Origin: a virus
Length of the DNA: 64,000 nt
Virus record (IMG/VR): IMGVR_UViG_3300019742_000002
Span: 1 to 64,000 of that record
Direction: 5' to 3' (one strand)
Below are positions 38,458-49,136 of this stretch, piece after piece. Within the stretch, counting starts at the first letter, position 1, and the number at the start of each line of letters is the position of its first letter. Under the pieces are notes generated by a model. The model had not been told where the DNA came from. It did no database searches and saw only the letters and a list, made by a program, of their open reading frames with translations. Made by a program: the position numbers and the translations under genes.

Positions 38458-40320
38458 TTAAAGTTCTAATATACTAAATTCATATCCATCTAACATATCT
38501 TTTCTGTCACTAGCTCGTTTACCATTTAAACATTTATCAATAAGCTCATCAGTTAATTCCTCATCTTCAATATACATAACCTCTAGCATTTGTTCTATAC
38601 CCTCTCTATCTATTATCACTTGTAATTCTTCTTTATCCCAACTTGATAAACCCTTTTTATATTCATATTTATACTTGCCTTTGGTTTCTTTTTGATGATT
38701 TCTTTGAGACTCAAAATCATAGAACCAATCAATAATATTATCCTTATTATCCGTACACATAAATAGAGGAGTTTTTAGAACCTTAATCCTCCCTTCTTTA
38801 ATTAGATTCTTTCCGTACTTATAAAACATACCAATCAATAATGAGCGAATTTGGTAACCGGCAATATCTTCATCAGCGGCAATAATAATATTTTGAAAAT
38901 TTATATCTGTTTGTGTAGTTTTGCTAAATCTAATACCTAGTATATTTGTAAAGTCTCTGAGTTTATCTGATTTTAGGATATTAGACATCGTCATATCATA
39001 AGCATTTGGTGGTTTTCCGAACATTGCGTAATGTCCAGCTTTGTCTCTACCTATAATAGATGCTAAAGATGAAGAAGCTGAGTCACCCTCGGCAAGATAT
39101 ATATCTCTCCATTCACCAATAGGTTCAAGAAACTTTTCACTATCAGGTTTTTTCTTAGTAGGTTTCTCCAAACCTTTCAATTCTTGTTGCTTTTTATACT
39201 CTTCTTTAATCCTAAAATAATCTACAATAGGATTAATAATATCTTTATTTTTGTATATCTTATCTACTAATTTATCAAAATCAATATCCTTAAAATACTC
39301 TATAAAATATCTATTAGGTGTTGTTATACTCTCTTTGGTTTGACCATCCCAATCAATTTCTCTAACATTCTTAGCTATAACCACTAAAGTCAATCTATTT
39401 CTAATATCGGCAGGTTTGATTGTTTTATATTTTTTAATAATCTTCTCTCTAAGTCTATTAACAATATTATCAATAACATAGTTGATATGAGTACCACCTT
39501 TTGATGTTTCTAACCCATTTATGTATGAGATTTGTTTAAAATCATCAGTTTCATTTGGTGTAACAGCTATAAAAAAATCATTATAACTTTCTACTATGTT
39601 TATATCATTAAGCATAGATATAAATTTTTTAGGAGTATAACTCACAACCTTTGAGTTAAATGTAAATCTAATATTAGGGTAAGTTAATGCTTGTAATAGA
39701 GTATATTCATACATTCTTTTTATGTGTTCATTGTCTATCTCAATACAATCAAATATATTAAAGTCAGGAGTAAATTTTACGGATACACCTGTTTTACCTG
39801 TTTGTTTTTGTTTTGATACTGTATGTATTAAGTTATTTTCTTTAACAATTAATTTAACTCTACCATTTATATCTTCCGATACTACAAGTAAATGTGAACT
39901 TAAAGTTGTACAAAGTTTTATACCTATTCCATTAACACCTTTTTGACCTTGCCCTCTATTATCACCATAATTAGATGAAGTATTATATTTACAAAATGCT
40001 TTAAATAAAACACTTTCTCCATCAATATCTCTAGTATCTATACCATATCCATTATCCTTTACCTCAATGGAGTTACTATCAACTTTAATATCAATCTTAT
40101 CACATCCACCCTTTATAGCAACATCAATAGGATTATCTAAAGATTCCATAAATAATTTTAACAATGCCGGTACTATGGTTGACTCTCCATATTTAATAGA
40201 TTCGTTAGTTATATTAAATCGTTCCTTTTTTATAGGATTAATTGAACCAGCTAAGTTGTGTGGTCTATTAATAATAGCTTCTCTTTGTGTCTCTTCTTTA
40301 ATAATTTCAGGTTTTTTCAT
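38458..40320 (-). CDS. gp39: Type II topoisomerase large subunit, fused gp39+gp60 (GyrB-like)
   Basis: ESLDNPID, DNGYGI, G.NGIG.K, GGTH, GQTKE, AEGDSA, DxD, YKKGLSS. Confidence 0.95.
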   Translation of the reverse strand: MKKPEIIKEETQREAIINRPHNLAGSINPIKKERFNITNESIKYGESTIVPALLKLFMESLDNPIDVAIKGGCDKIDIKVDSNSIEVKDNGYGIDTRDIDGESVLFKAFCKYNTSSNYGDNRGQGQKGVNGIGIKLCTTLSSHLLVVSEDINGRVKLIVKENNLIHTVSKQKQTGKTGVSVKFTPDFNIFDCIEIDNEHIKRMYEYTLLQALTYPNIRFTFNSKVVSYTPKKFISMLNDINIVESYNDFFIAVTPNETDDFKQISYINGLETSKGGTHINYVIDNIVNRLREKIIKKYKTIKPADIRNRLTLVVIAKNVREIDWDGQTKESITTPNRYFIEYFKDIDFDKLVDKIYKNKDIINPIVDYFRIKEEYKKQQELKGLEKPTKKKPDSEKFLEPIGEWRDIYLAEGDSASSSLASIIGRDKAGHYAMFGKPPNAYDMTMSNILKSDKLRDFTNILGIRFSKTTQTDINFQNIIIAADEDIAGYQIRSLLIGMFYKYGKNLIKEGRIKVLKTPLFMCTDNKDNIIDWFYDFESQRNHQKETKGKYKYEYKKGLSSWDKEELQVIIDREGIEQMLEVMYIEDEELTDELIDKCLNGKRASDRKDMLDGYEFSILEL

Positions 40321-40710
40321 AATTCTCCTTTGTTTATGGTTCTATAGCTAAAAAAGTATATATTTGAACTTGATTTAAATTTATATAAAAGTTTATCATA
40401 ACCTATGAATCTTTCGACATTTAATCCATTCAATATAATATCTAAAATCCTAGCCTGTCTCTTACTAATAAATTCAACAAATAAAAGTTTAAAACCTCTT
40501 TTATTCTTCAAAATAATATCCTCAAATTTATATAAGTATATATCCATATAACTTACTTAAGGTTTCTATAAATATAATATGTTCTAGGTATATTCATAAA
40601 TATATAAAATTTATTATAACCTTCCATATAATCAAAAGACCTTGTGTAAAACCATATAAATATATCAACTTCACTTTTAATTAACTTATATTTTACTTCT
40701 AACCAATCTA

Positions 40711-41007
40711 TCATATTAACTCCTTTTTGTTTATATATACATCATCTAACAACTCATAGGAGTTTGATAAAGTACCATTTATAACCTGTAAATCGTCAAT
40801 AAATTGTTTAATAGGACTTTTATTGAGTCCTAGTGATATAGCCTTAAAAACTGTTGTGGCATCATTAGATTCTATATAAACTACACCATCTTGAAGTATT
40901 AAAAAACCAAACTTTTTGAATATATTATATACCTCTTGTTTTATATCCAATCCATTTTCCCCATTTATTACAGAAAATAGGATAAACCATCTTTTTGAAC
41001 TCTTCAT
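40711..41007 (-). CDS. VapD/Cas2-fold protein
   Basis: Y.IFKKFGF..LQ.GVVY...TVF.AI..L...P...FIDDLQV resembles VapD; the expected Asp at the end of strand 1 is Ser (LFS). Confidence 0.55.
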   Translation of the reverse strand: MKSSKRWFILFSVINGENGLDIKQEVYNIFKKFGFLILQDGVVYIESNDATTVFKAISLGLNKSPIKQFIDDLQVINGTLSNSYELLDDVYINKKELI

Positions 41008-41280
41008 TTACATATAATTTATTACAAAAGTTCTTATACCACCACTAACTCTAAGTCTATTATATTCTTGTTCTTGTATATATCTACAATTTCCTCCACA
41101 TTTAACTCTATATCTTTTGATATAGTTTCCATCTTTTGTACTATTTAACCAATTATAATCTCTTTGTTGATATATCCATACTTCATTTTTGGCTATATTA
41201 TATAGATATTTAGTATTATTTGCCATAGCAGTACTAGATATTATACTAACTATAGCTAGACTTTGTATTAATTTTTTCAT
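41008..41280 (-). CDS. Secreted/periplasmic small protein
   Basis: MKKLIQSLAIVSIISSTAMA signal peptide; RBS before 41280. Confidence 0.65.
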   Translation of the reverse strand: MKKLIQSLAIVSIISSTAMANNTKYLYNIAKNEVWIYQQRDYNWLNSTKDGNYIKRYRVKCGGNCRYIQEQEYNRLRVSGGIRTFVINYM

Positions 41281-41379
41281 TTCTTTCCTTTGGTCAATGT
41301 ATGACTTCATATTTTATAATAACTAATTAGCTATTAACCTCTTTTTATGGGTAAATTATATAGGATATTTATTTAAAAT

Positions 41380-42839
41380 TTACTCATTTTCTATTGTTAT
41401 TTCTAAATCTCTATAATATGCAAATTGTTTCAATTTTATACAATCACCTAGATATGTATCTCTAATATTTTCTTTGGTATATATTATTATACCACTTTGG
41501 TTATCTATATCAATCCACTCAAAAGATATACCCATATTTATAAGAAACTCCTCTAATTTAAGAAGAAAGTATCTATTATATATCATTAGAACCTCATAAT
41601 TATCTATATGAAAGTTTAATTTTTGAGTACCTTTTATAGCTAAATTAAATAAATTTTCGGATGTATACTCTAAATCCTCTCTCAATATAAAATATACATT
41701 CATAATACTTAGACTATTTTTTGAATATTTATATGAGGTCTATTCTTTTCATCAACAAATGGTATAATGATAAAATGTTGTGGATTATTGAAATTAATCT
41801 TGATGTATGAATAAACTACTTTCATATAACTAAAGAGATGTAGATTACCTATTTCCTCTACAAAAAAAGCCTTAAGCTTAGATTGTTCTTGCATTGTAAA
41901 GTTTATTGTTGTTACATCTGGTAGTATATCTGTAGTATATTCTTTGTTTATTTGTGTCATTTATTTTCCTTGTTTTTTAATTTGTTTTGTTAATATCTCT
42001 ATTCTATTTTCTAAGAAGTTATCATATTTAATTTGATTTCTTTCATTTGATTTATCGTAATAGAACCATTCAAAATCTTTTGTTTCTATAATACAACCCA
42101 ACGAAAAATTATTAATATCTCTACTTAAAGCCAATCCTAGCTTATGTAAAACCTCTTTGTTTATTTTCCAAATAAGACCATTTTCACTCATTGTCTTAAA
42201 ATCCATAGTAGGGTTTGGGTTATTATTGTGTAGAAGTTTTTGAAAGAATATTTTAGTTTCCTCTTTAGATAGTTTATCTATAGAATTGATTATATTATCT
42301 ATCTTGGTGTTCATTTATCTCCTTTATTTTACCATTCTCTCTATACATCCTTCTAACCTCTTTAATTTTTTCATAATCTCTTATAGCTTTCAAATGTTTT
42401 AAATATTGTTTATCAACGCACCCATCTTGACAACTACTACAACAAGAAGATACTTCTGTCTTCAATCTATAAAACTTCGATTTATCTTTCAATTTATTAC
42501 ATAATGAACATATTTTTTGATTATTATAACTCATATCACTTCCTCTAATTTGTATTCACGAAAACATGTATCTCTATCTACCCGAGTATTATATCTATCT
42601 TTTGTAAACTCGTATATAAAATCATATAACACATTAAGACTTTCCATATCCATATCTTTTGTTGTAATTCTAATGGTGCCGGGATATTTTTCCTTTATAT
42701 TAAACTGAATTCCATATCTTTCTATATTGTCTATACCAATATAATTTTTAATATCATCAAATTGAGGTGTATTTATAAAACCCCACTTTCTTCCTATAAA
42801 CTCTCCATAACTAATATTGATTGGCATATCTATCATCAT
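41380..42839 (-). other. Small early ORFs (41380-41703 possibly degenerate PTH2-like; 41709-41960; 41961-42314; 42295-42534 zinc finger; 42531-42839)
   Basis: Tightly packed co-oriented ORFs; YFILREDL start resembles PTH2 (weak). Confidence 0.55.
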
Positions 42840-42895
42840 TTTGTTTCCTTTATTTTTGTAATTATATATAATTTTTGTTTAAAATATTCACTTTT

Positions 42896-43720
42896 CTAAA
42901 CTTCCAAAACACTTATCTCATTATATGATTCATTTGGATAACATAAAGGGTTACATATAAACTCTACTCCATCCTTTTTAAAATTAATAGAACTATGAAT
43001 ATGTCCAAAGATATGATATTTAACTTTCATTCTTTTAAGTTCATTTAAGTTATCGGAATGGTATAATTTATTTGCCTCAGAACCTAAATATTTTTCATCA
43101 TTTACTATATCACAAGGAACGTGACTTACAAATATATCGCATTCTTTTATTAATTTTATTTTATTTATTTCTGATTTATAGTAAGATTCTGTATCAAATG
43201 TAGGTTTAAAATCTTTACCACCCCATCCATAGTCTATATAATACGGTTCTAATCTGCTCATAATTAACCTAGAATCGTTTGATTGTTCTTTCCAAACCTC
43301 ATCATCATTCGATACATTATACCACATAGGACATCCACCAATTTTGATACAATCAAATTCATATACATTACCATCAAGAACTTTTATATCATTTTCTTGA
43401 AGCATTTGTTTAAACTCGTTTAATCTATTTAGGGAGTTATATTTATATTTCTTTTGGATAGATTTAGAAATTAAATATAATTCGTGATTTCCAAATGTAA
43501 CTAAAACTTCCTTGTAATATGTTTTAAGTTCTTTTAGAACAGCAAGTGATTGATTATTATAGTGACCTATATCTCCTACTATAATAAGAATGTCAGCAGG
43601 TTTAGGGACTAGGTAATTATCTATATATTTTTGAAGTTCTTTTTTAAATTTAGGTGTATTTGTATCTATAGATTTAATATAAAAATCTATATGTAAATCA
43701 CTGATGTAAGCTATTTTCAT
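42896..43720 (-). CDS. Calcineurin-like metallophosphoesterase
   Basis: SDLH, GDI, GNHE, SHVP, FGHIH motifs. Confidence 0.92.
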   Translation of the reverse strand: MKIAYISDLHIDFYIKSIDTNTPKFKKELQKYIDNYLVPKPADILIIVGDIGHYNNQSLAVLKELKTYYKEVLVTFGNHELYLISKSIQKKYKYNSLNRLNEFKQMLQENDIKVLDGNVYEFDCIKIGGCPMWYNVSNDDEVWKEQSNDSRLIMSRLEPYYIDYGWGGKDFKPTFDTESYYKSEINKIKLIKECDIFVSHVPCDIVNDEKYLGSEANKLYHSDNLNELKRMKVKYHIFGHIHSSINFKKDGVEFICNPLCYPNESYNEISVLEV

Positions 43721-45274
43721 AAATTATCTTTATACTTTTCACACATAATATCGTAAATACCTAAAGATAAACTTTCAAAATAAGTATTATTTCTACTTGA
43801 AACTATACCCATAACCTCATTAGCAAGTTCACCACCTATTTCATAAAAGAAATCATAATCTTGAAAATAGTTTTGGGGTTCGTCTAAGCTATAATCTTCA
43901 AGAATTTGTTTAATATATTCCTTAGTTAAAAATACTATTCTATCATCTGTATAATATGATAGAATCCAATTATCTAAAAAATTATATCCTAGGTTTTCTA
44001 TAATATTTTCTCTAATCCCTACATTGTCGTCTATATCAACATCTTTTGATAAACTCTTTATATCTACTTCTAATTTCATTTTTATTCCCTTTTTATATTA
44101 ACCCAAAACTTTTAAAATTAACTATTATACCTATAAACTCTAAAGCCGTATTTAAATCCTCAAATAAAGTAAAATTATAACCACCTATTGAGCGTTGCAA
44201 AATATGGTCTGTTGGTATATTGTGCTTATGTCCTACTTCTATCATATTATCTCCTTTTATTGTAATAATATTTCATCTTTGAGTTATATATTCTATCATT
44301 GGTTTCACTTATATGAGTTTCACCATATCTACTTAAAAATTCACCAACAATCTCTAAAGTATCATCACTCCTATTCCCAAAAATTGACATAACTACTCCC
44401 AAAGCTTCACCCTCATTACTGACATAGGTATCAATATCTTTTGGTTCTATATAAACCCAACTATTACTTTCCAATTCATAAAGATTCATTAAGAAACTTG
44501 TACAACTTGCTACCTTAAGATTTTTAACCATTTTAACAAAGTTTTTAGACGCTTCCTCTCCAATTTCTTTGAGAATATTGTCATGAATATGGGTGAGTTT
44601 TTCGGAATCTAAGTCCGAGATTATAGCTCCTCTTCCTGATGTATAACCGGGTCTTGAACTCATTGAATTTGGTAGAAATTTTTCTGAAATGTAACTCATA
44701 TTTCATCCTTTTATTTTTTTGAATAGTTTAAAATTTAATAGAACTACCTGATAATTTAGATTGGGATATAACTCTATATACCCTCTTCATCTTTATAAAC
44801 AGATATTCCCTTAGTATTGTCAAATACATAAGTTGAATTAGAACTAAAATCATTTAATATACCATCTTTAGAATCCAAAATAAAATCATAATACTTCATT
44901 TTGGATTCCATCTCTTTTTTAAATGAATTAAGTGATAAGCCTATTGAAAATAAAATAAAAATTATCACCAAATATATAATTATTTCAAGTATCATCTATT
45001 TTCTCCAAGTTTTTATTGTTAATGATTTAAATAAATTAACCAAACTATCTCTATCTTTCCTATACCACTCTCTATTTGCATAAGATTCATCCAATTCATC
45101 AAAAAGATTTTTACCTGACATCTCCATACCTATAAATGCACCAGTAATTATATTGTATAAATCACAATACTCCTTTTTATCTACTTCTACTTCTTGTACT
45201 TCACATAATAACTCGTCAAGCTGATTGAGTGTTAATAACTCTTCATTCATATATACTTGATAATATATAGCCAT
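43717..45274 (-). other. Small early hypothetical ORFs (43717-44079, 44247-44699, 44774-44995 membrane-anchored, 44996-45274)
   Basis: Co-oriented ORFs with RBS; promoter 45302-45323. Confidence 0.6.
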
Positions 45275-45334
45275 TTTATATCCTTTAATTTAATATCTCT
45301 AATTATAGCCAAGTAAACTTAAACTTTTATTAAG

Positions 45335-46036
45335 TTATTTAATATAAGCTATCAATCTATACTCTGATTTATCAGTTTTAGGTGTAATTGACCAAATCTC
45401 ATCATCTTTCATTCTAGTTAAATCATCCGAAATAATTGTAGATGTAATATTATCATAAAGAACTACCGAAATTCTTTTATCGTCTATCATATATTTCCAC
45501 TCTTGATTGGAATTAATAAAATTCTTCCAAAGTTTTATAGCGTTTATGTGTTGAACTGAATCGGACATAATTATATCTCCATCAAACATCATAGACTTAT
45601 ATATAGCAGTAGCCATTCTTTTACCTCTATGAGATGTATGAGTATCAATAGCTTTTACCTCTTTCACTTCACCAAATTTTTTATTTTTTACTACCTTGAA
45701 GTTCATATAACTATATATTTTAAACAATCCCTCATTACAAACTCCTAACATAGTTCTTGAAATGTTATTTGTTAATATAACATAATTCTTAAGGTTTTTA
45801 CCACCTTTATTATATATAGCATCAAAATTTCTAATATAGGATTGTGAATAATAATCTATATAATCATCAATCCCTTGTAGTTTCATTAAAGTTTCTTGTC
45901 CAAATTGACAATCCTCATACTCAGCAACAGGATTTTCATTAACATATTCAGAAAATGTTTTGAAATGATACCTATCATCCTTATAATTGTTTATATATTT
46001 TACAACAAACTCTCTAAAATCCATTATATCTTTCAT
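45335..46036 (-). CDS. GNAT-like acetyltransferase with capsid-targeting-like N-terminus
   Basis: THTSHRGKRMATAIY (acetyl-CoA motif A), IMSDSVQ..AIKLW; N-terminal FKTFSEYVNE. Confidence 0.6.
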   Translation of the reverse strand: MKDIMDFREFVVKYINNYKDDRYHFKTFSEYVNENPVAEYEDCQFGQETLMKLQGIDDYIDYYSQSYIRNFDAIYNKGGKNLKNYVILTNNISRTMLGVCNEGLFKIYSYMNFKVVKNKKFGEVKEVKAIDTHTSHRGKRMATAIYKSMMFDGDIIMSDSVQHINAIKLWKNFINSNQEWKYMIDDKRISVVLYDNITSTIISDDLTRMKDDEIWSITPKTDKSEYRLIAYIK

Positions 46037-46387
46037 CTGATTCTCCTTTTATTTATTATATCCAATTTAACTTAAACTATCATAAGATAAATCTTTTAAT
46101 TTCAAATCATCTATATATTTCAATAATTCTATAAATTGATTATAAGTTATCCTATCATTTTTAATCCATTGAAATAAAACATTATATCTTTGTGTACTAT
46201 TATATAAAGTTTCCTTTAGGTTTTTGATATTTTTATTCATATAGTATCCTTTTTTTATTTATTGTATCTAAAAATATATTAATATAACCTTAAATCTTAG
46301 TAGTTTTAAAATTTGGCACAACTATCCCCTTTGATATTTAAGAATACATACTTTTATATGATAATTAGGTGTTAAATTTAACCTTTG

Positions 46388-48181
46388 CTATAGAAGAGCT
46401 ACCTTGGTGTATATAAATCTATCAAGAGTCATAAAACCTTTGAGTAACTGTAAACTATAGATAGTATTTGTTATTAGTTTGATAAAGAGCATCTTTCTAA
46501 TATTGTTCTTAAATCTTTTAACCCCTATCTTAATACCCTTTTTAATAGAGTGAATTAATTTAGCTCTTTTTCTTCTTTTAATAAACTCTTTTCTCTTTTT
46601 TTCTGATTCAAAATATTTAATATAACTTCTAGTTTCAGAAAAATCTATTATTTGATTGTTTAATTTCAACATCTTTTGAATTTCTTTAATATCAGTTAAT
46701 TCAAGTTTAGAAATTTCATTAATAGGAATAAGAAGTCCATCATGTACATTTACTATATGTTCAATTTTAATTTTTTTAGTACCTAGGTATGCTTTAAGAG
46801 AATTCATAATTTTAGTTTCTTCTAACATAAACATTCTTGAAATATTTTCATATCCTAAATTTCTAGCTATAATATCTAATTCTTTCATTTCTGAATTAAA
46901 ATCTTTATAAAAAGTTGAAAGTTTAAGTGCATCATGTACAGTTTTATCATCTTTTGTATTTCTATTAAAAGGAGTTAAATGTCTTCCAAATATAGCACTA
47001 AGATACTCCATTTTAAACATAGACCTAAATTCAATCTTTTTGTTAGCTCCTTGTTTACCTCTAATATTATCAATTGTATCTACATTGGACTCAATAATCT
47101 TTTTTCTATTTTTTATATATTCAATAAGACAAGGATAGTTAATAGGGTCTATATTATGGTTCTCAAAACAATTCTTTATTAATCTTGGTGCGGCATTTTC
47201 TAAATCAAATTCAATATAATCTCTAAATAATCCATTTCTTATTTTTTTAGGAATCTGATTTAAAATATCAAAAATTCTACCAGAAGATGTAAATGTTCTA
47301 TTAAAATAAATATGTTCATCTACTATATTTTTTCTTATTAATTTCATAGAATTAATATATCTTCTTCTTTGAGCTGGGTATCTCATATATCCTATATCAT
47401 TATCTAATTCATCGAGAATCTCTAAGTAATTATTGGGTAATTTAAATTTTATAATATCTTTGTAATTTTCCTTAGGAACTTCTCTTGGAATATTTTTAGA
47501 TTTAGATGTAGTTACATCATCAGAGAGTCTCATTATAACCATATCAATAGGTTTTAGAGGTTTTTGTTTAGAGGCTATATCATAAAACTCCTGATATTTG
47601 GCTAGAGAAATAGTACCATTTAGAACTTTTTTAAGAATAGTATCTACTTTTTGGACTTTTGAATATACTTGGTTACTGTTGTCATAAGGATTGTTTAAAA
47701 ATTCATAAGAAGAACAACCTGAACCATCAAAAGAATTACCTCTTCTTGTTTGATTAAGATAAAGGTTATAGAAATCTCTATATGATACAAAAGAAGATAG
47801 GGATTTTTTAAGGTAGGTATTACTAAGAGCAAGGTCACCTGTTAATTCATGAACTGAATGAGCAGAAGAAAGTAGTTTAGAAATAGATTTTAGAACATTG
47901 ATTGATAGGTTATATTTAATATATTTTTTTGCACTTTTAAATTGAATCATATCTTGAACAATACTAGGATGTGGAACTATAGAGTAACTTCTTTTTTGTT
48001 TTTCTATATTAGTAAAGGTTTTATCTGATTTAATTGCAGTATGAACTTGAATAATAGCCTCTTTTGGATTAAGGATATTTTTAATGTAGTAATAATCCTT
48101 GTGGATTGTAAGATATGTTAGGTCATAATTAAATGGATTGGTAAGTATATAATCTTTGAGGTTTTCTTTTTTAATTTTCAT
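46388..48181 (-). CDS. PolA-superfamily (TV-Pol-like) polymerase without a recognisable exonuclease domain
   Basis: SGRIF..L..IPK.IR; motif A YIEFDLENAAP; motif B R..FK..YLSAIFG; EETKIM; motif C VHDG. Confidence 0.75.
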   Translation of the reverse strand: MKIKKENLKDYILTNPFNYDLTYLTIHKDYYYIKNILNPKEAIIQVHTAIKSDKTFTNIEKQKRSYSIVPHPSIVQDMIQFKSAKKYIKYNLSINVLKSISKLLSSAHSVHELTGDLALSNTYLKKSLSSFVSYRDFYNLYLNQTRRGNSFDGSGCSSYEFLNNPYDNSNQVYSKVQKVDTILKKVLNGTISLAKYQEFYDIASKQKPLKPIDMVIMRLSDDVTTSKSKNIPREVPKENYKDIIKFKLPNNYLEILDELDNDIGYMRYPAQRRRYINSMKLIRKNIVDEHIYFNRTFTSSGRIFDILNQIPKKIRNGLFRDYIEFDLENAAPRLIKNCFENHNIDPINYPCLIEYIKNRKKIIESNVDTIDNIRGKQGANKKIEFRSMFKMEYLSAIFGRHLTPFNRNTKDDKTVHDALKLSTFYKDFNSEMKELDIIARNLGYENISRMFMLEETKIMNSLKAYLGTKKIKIEHIVNVHDGLLIPINEISKLELTDIKEIQKMLKLNNQIIDFSETRSYIKYFESEKKRKEFIKRRKRAKLIHSIKKGIKIGVKRFKNNIRKMLFIKLITNTIYSLQLLKGFMTLDRFIYTKVALL

Positions 48182-48215
48182 CTAATTCTCCTTTTTTATT
48201 TAGTCAAAAGTAGAA

Positions 48216-48289
48216 TGCTGTCCTACTTCTTAAGAGAGTTCATATCAAGTGGTAGGACAGCAAAAGCACCTGTATATGAACTCTCTTAA
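48216..48289 (-). promoter_or_regulatory. Structured 5' leader (long hairpin whose loop is complementary to the 3' flank)
   Basis: 48230-48245 pairs with 48274-48289; inner 48246-48251 with 48267-48272; 48216-48226 pairs with 48252-48262; lies between late promoter 48301-48308 and the RBS. Confidence 0.8.
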
Positions 48290-48318
48290 AGACTTTATGT
48301 TATTTATATATTTATTTC

Positions 48319-48359
48319 TAGTAAGATATTGGTTTATCTATATTACCAATATCTTACTA
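48319..48359 (-). terminator. 15-bp stem hairpin after gene 48370-48870
   Basis: tagtaagatattggt / accaatatcttacta. Confidence 0.75.
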
Positions 48360-48369
48360 TTCTTATTCT

Positions 48370-48870
48370 CTATACCTTAGCAGAGAATAAGAATACCATT
48401 TCGTCGCTGTTTTTTTTATAACTGTCAAAATTTGAGTTATTAAATATACTAGAACTACTAACATCTTTAAAAACTTGCTCCATTTCATCTTTAGAGATAC
48501 TTTTAGTTGATATAGATATATGGAAATATATCTTTCCATTTTTATAATCAACTAACTTCATATCAAATTTATGTATGTCCATTTTATTTAAAGTATTATT
48601 CAAGTATCTAATATCTTTATTTATCTTTATGGTTTTATCAAACTCTATATCTTTTGTTGTTATTAAGTCTTTAGAGGTTACTTTATCTATATTACCGTTT
48701 TTAATATAGATAACTCTAGCTTCTGTTGGAGATACAAATTTATCAAAAAAACCTATTTGACCGTCTACAGTTATAAATTTATCGTATACCTCAAATTCAT
48801 TAAAATTACCTTTACCCTCATTTAAGCTCATTTTCACAAACTCACTAAATCTCATATTTATTTTTTTCAC
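48370..48870 (-). CDS. Putative internal head protein
   Basis: N-terminus MRFSEFVKMSLNE; early promoter near 48889. Confidence 0.55.
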   Translation of the reverse strand: MKKINMRFSEFVKMSLNEGKGNFNEFEVYDKFITVDGQIGFFDKFVSPTEARVIYIKNGNIDKVTSKDLITTKDIEFDKTIKINKDIRYLNNTLNKMDIHKFDMKLVDYKNGKIYFHISISTKSISKDEMEQVFKDVSSSSIFNNSNFDSYKKNSDEMVFLFSAKV

Positions 48871-49136
48871 CTTAACTCCTTATTTTATATTATAGCCTAA
48901 ATCTATTTAAAAATAAACTAATCCGATAAAAGATTTTGATTTAATATCAATCTCTTTTTATTATTTATAAAATTATTTTTAATCTAAAATATAAAAATTA
49001 GTCCATATTAACCAAGATTTAAGTTTTTGTTGTTTACAAGCATAACAATATACACCTAAACCTTTTGAAGGATTTGGTATAATTTGGTTACACATTAAAC
49101 ATTCATTAAAAGTATATCCGTAAAATATAGATTTAC

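Noticed and set aside
38458-40320. T4 gene 60-style translational bypass or intron in the topoisomerase
   Set aside because: gp39 and gp60 regions form one uninterrupted ORF
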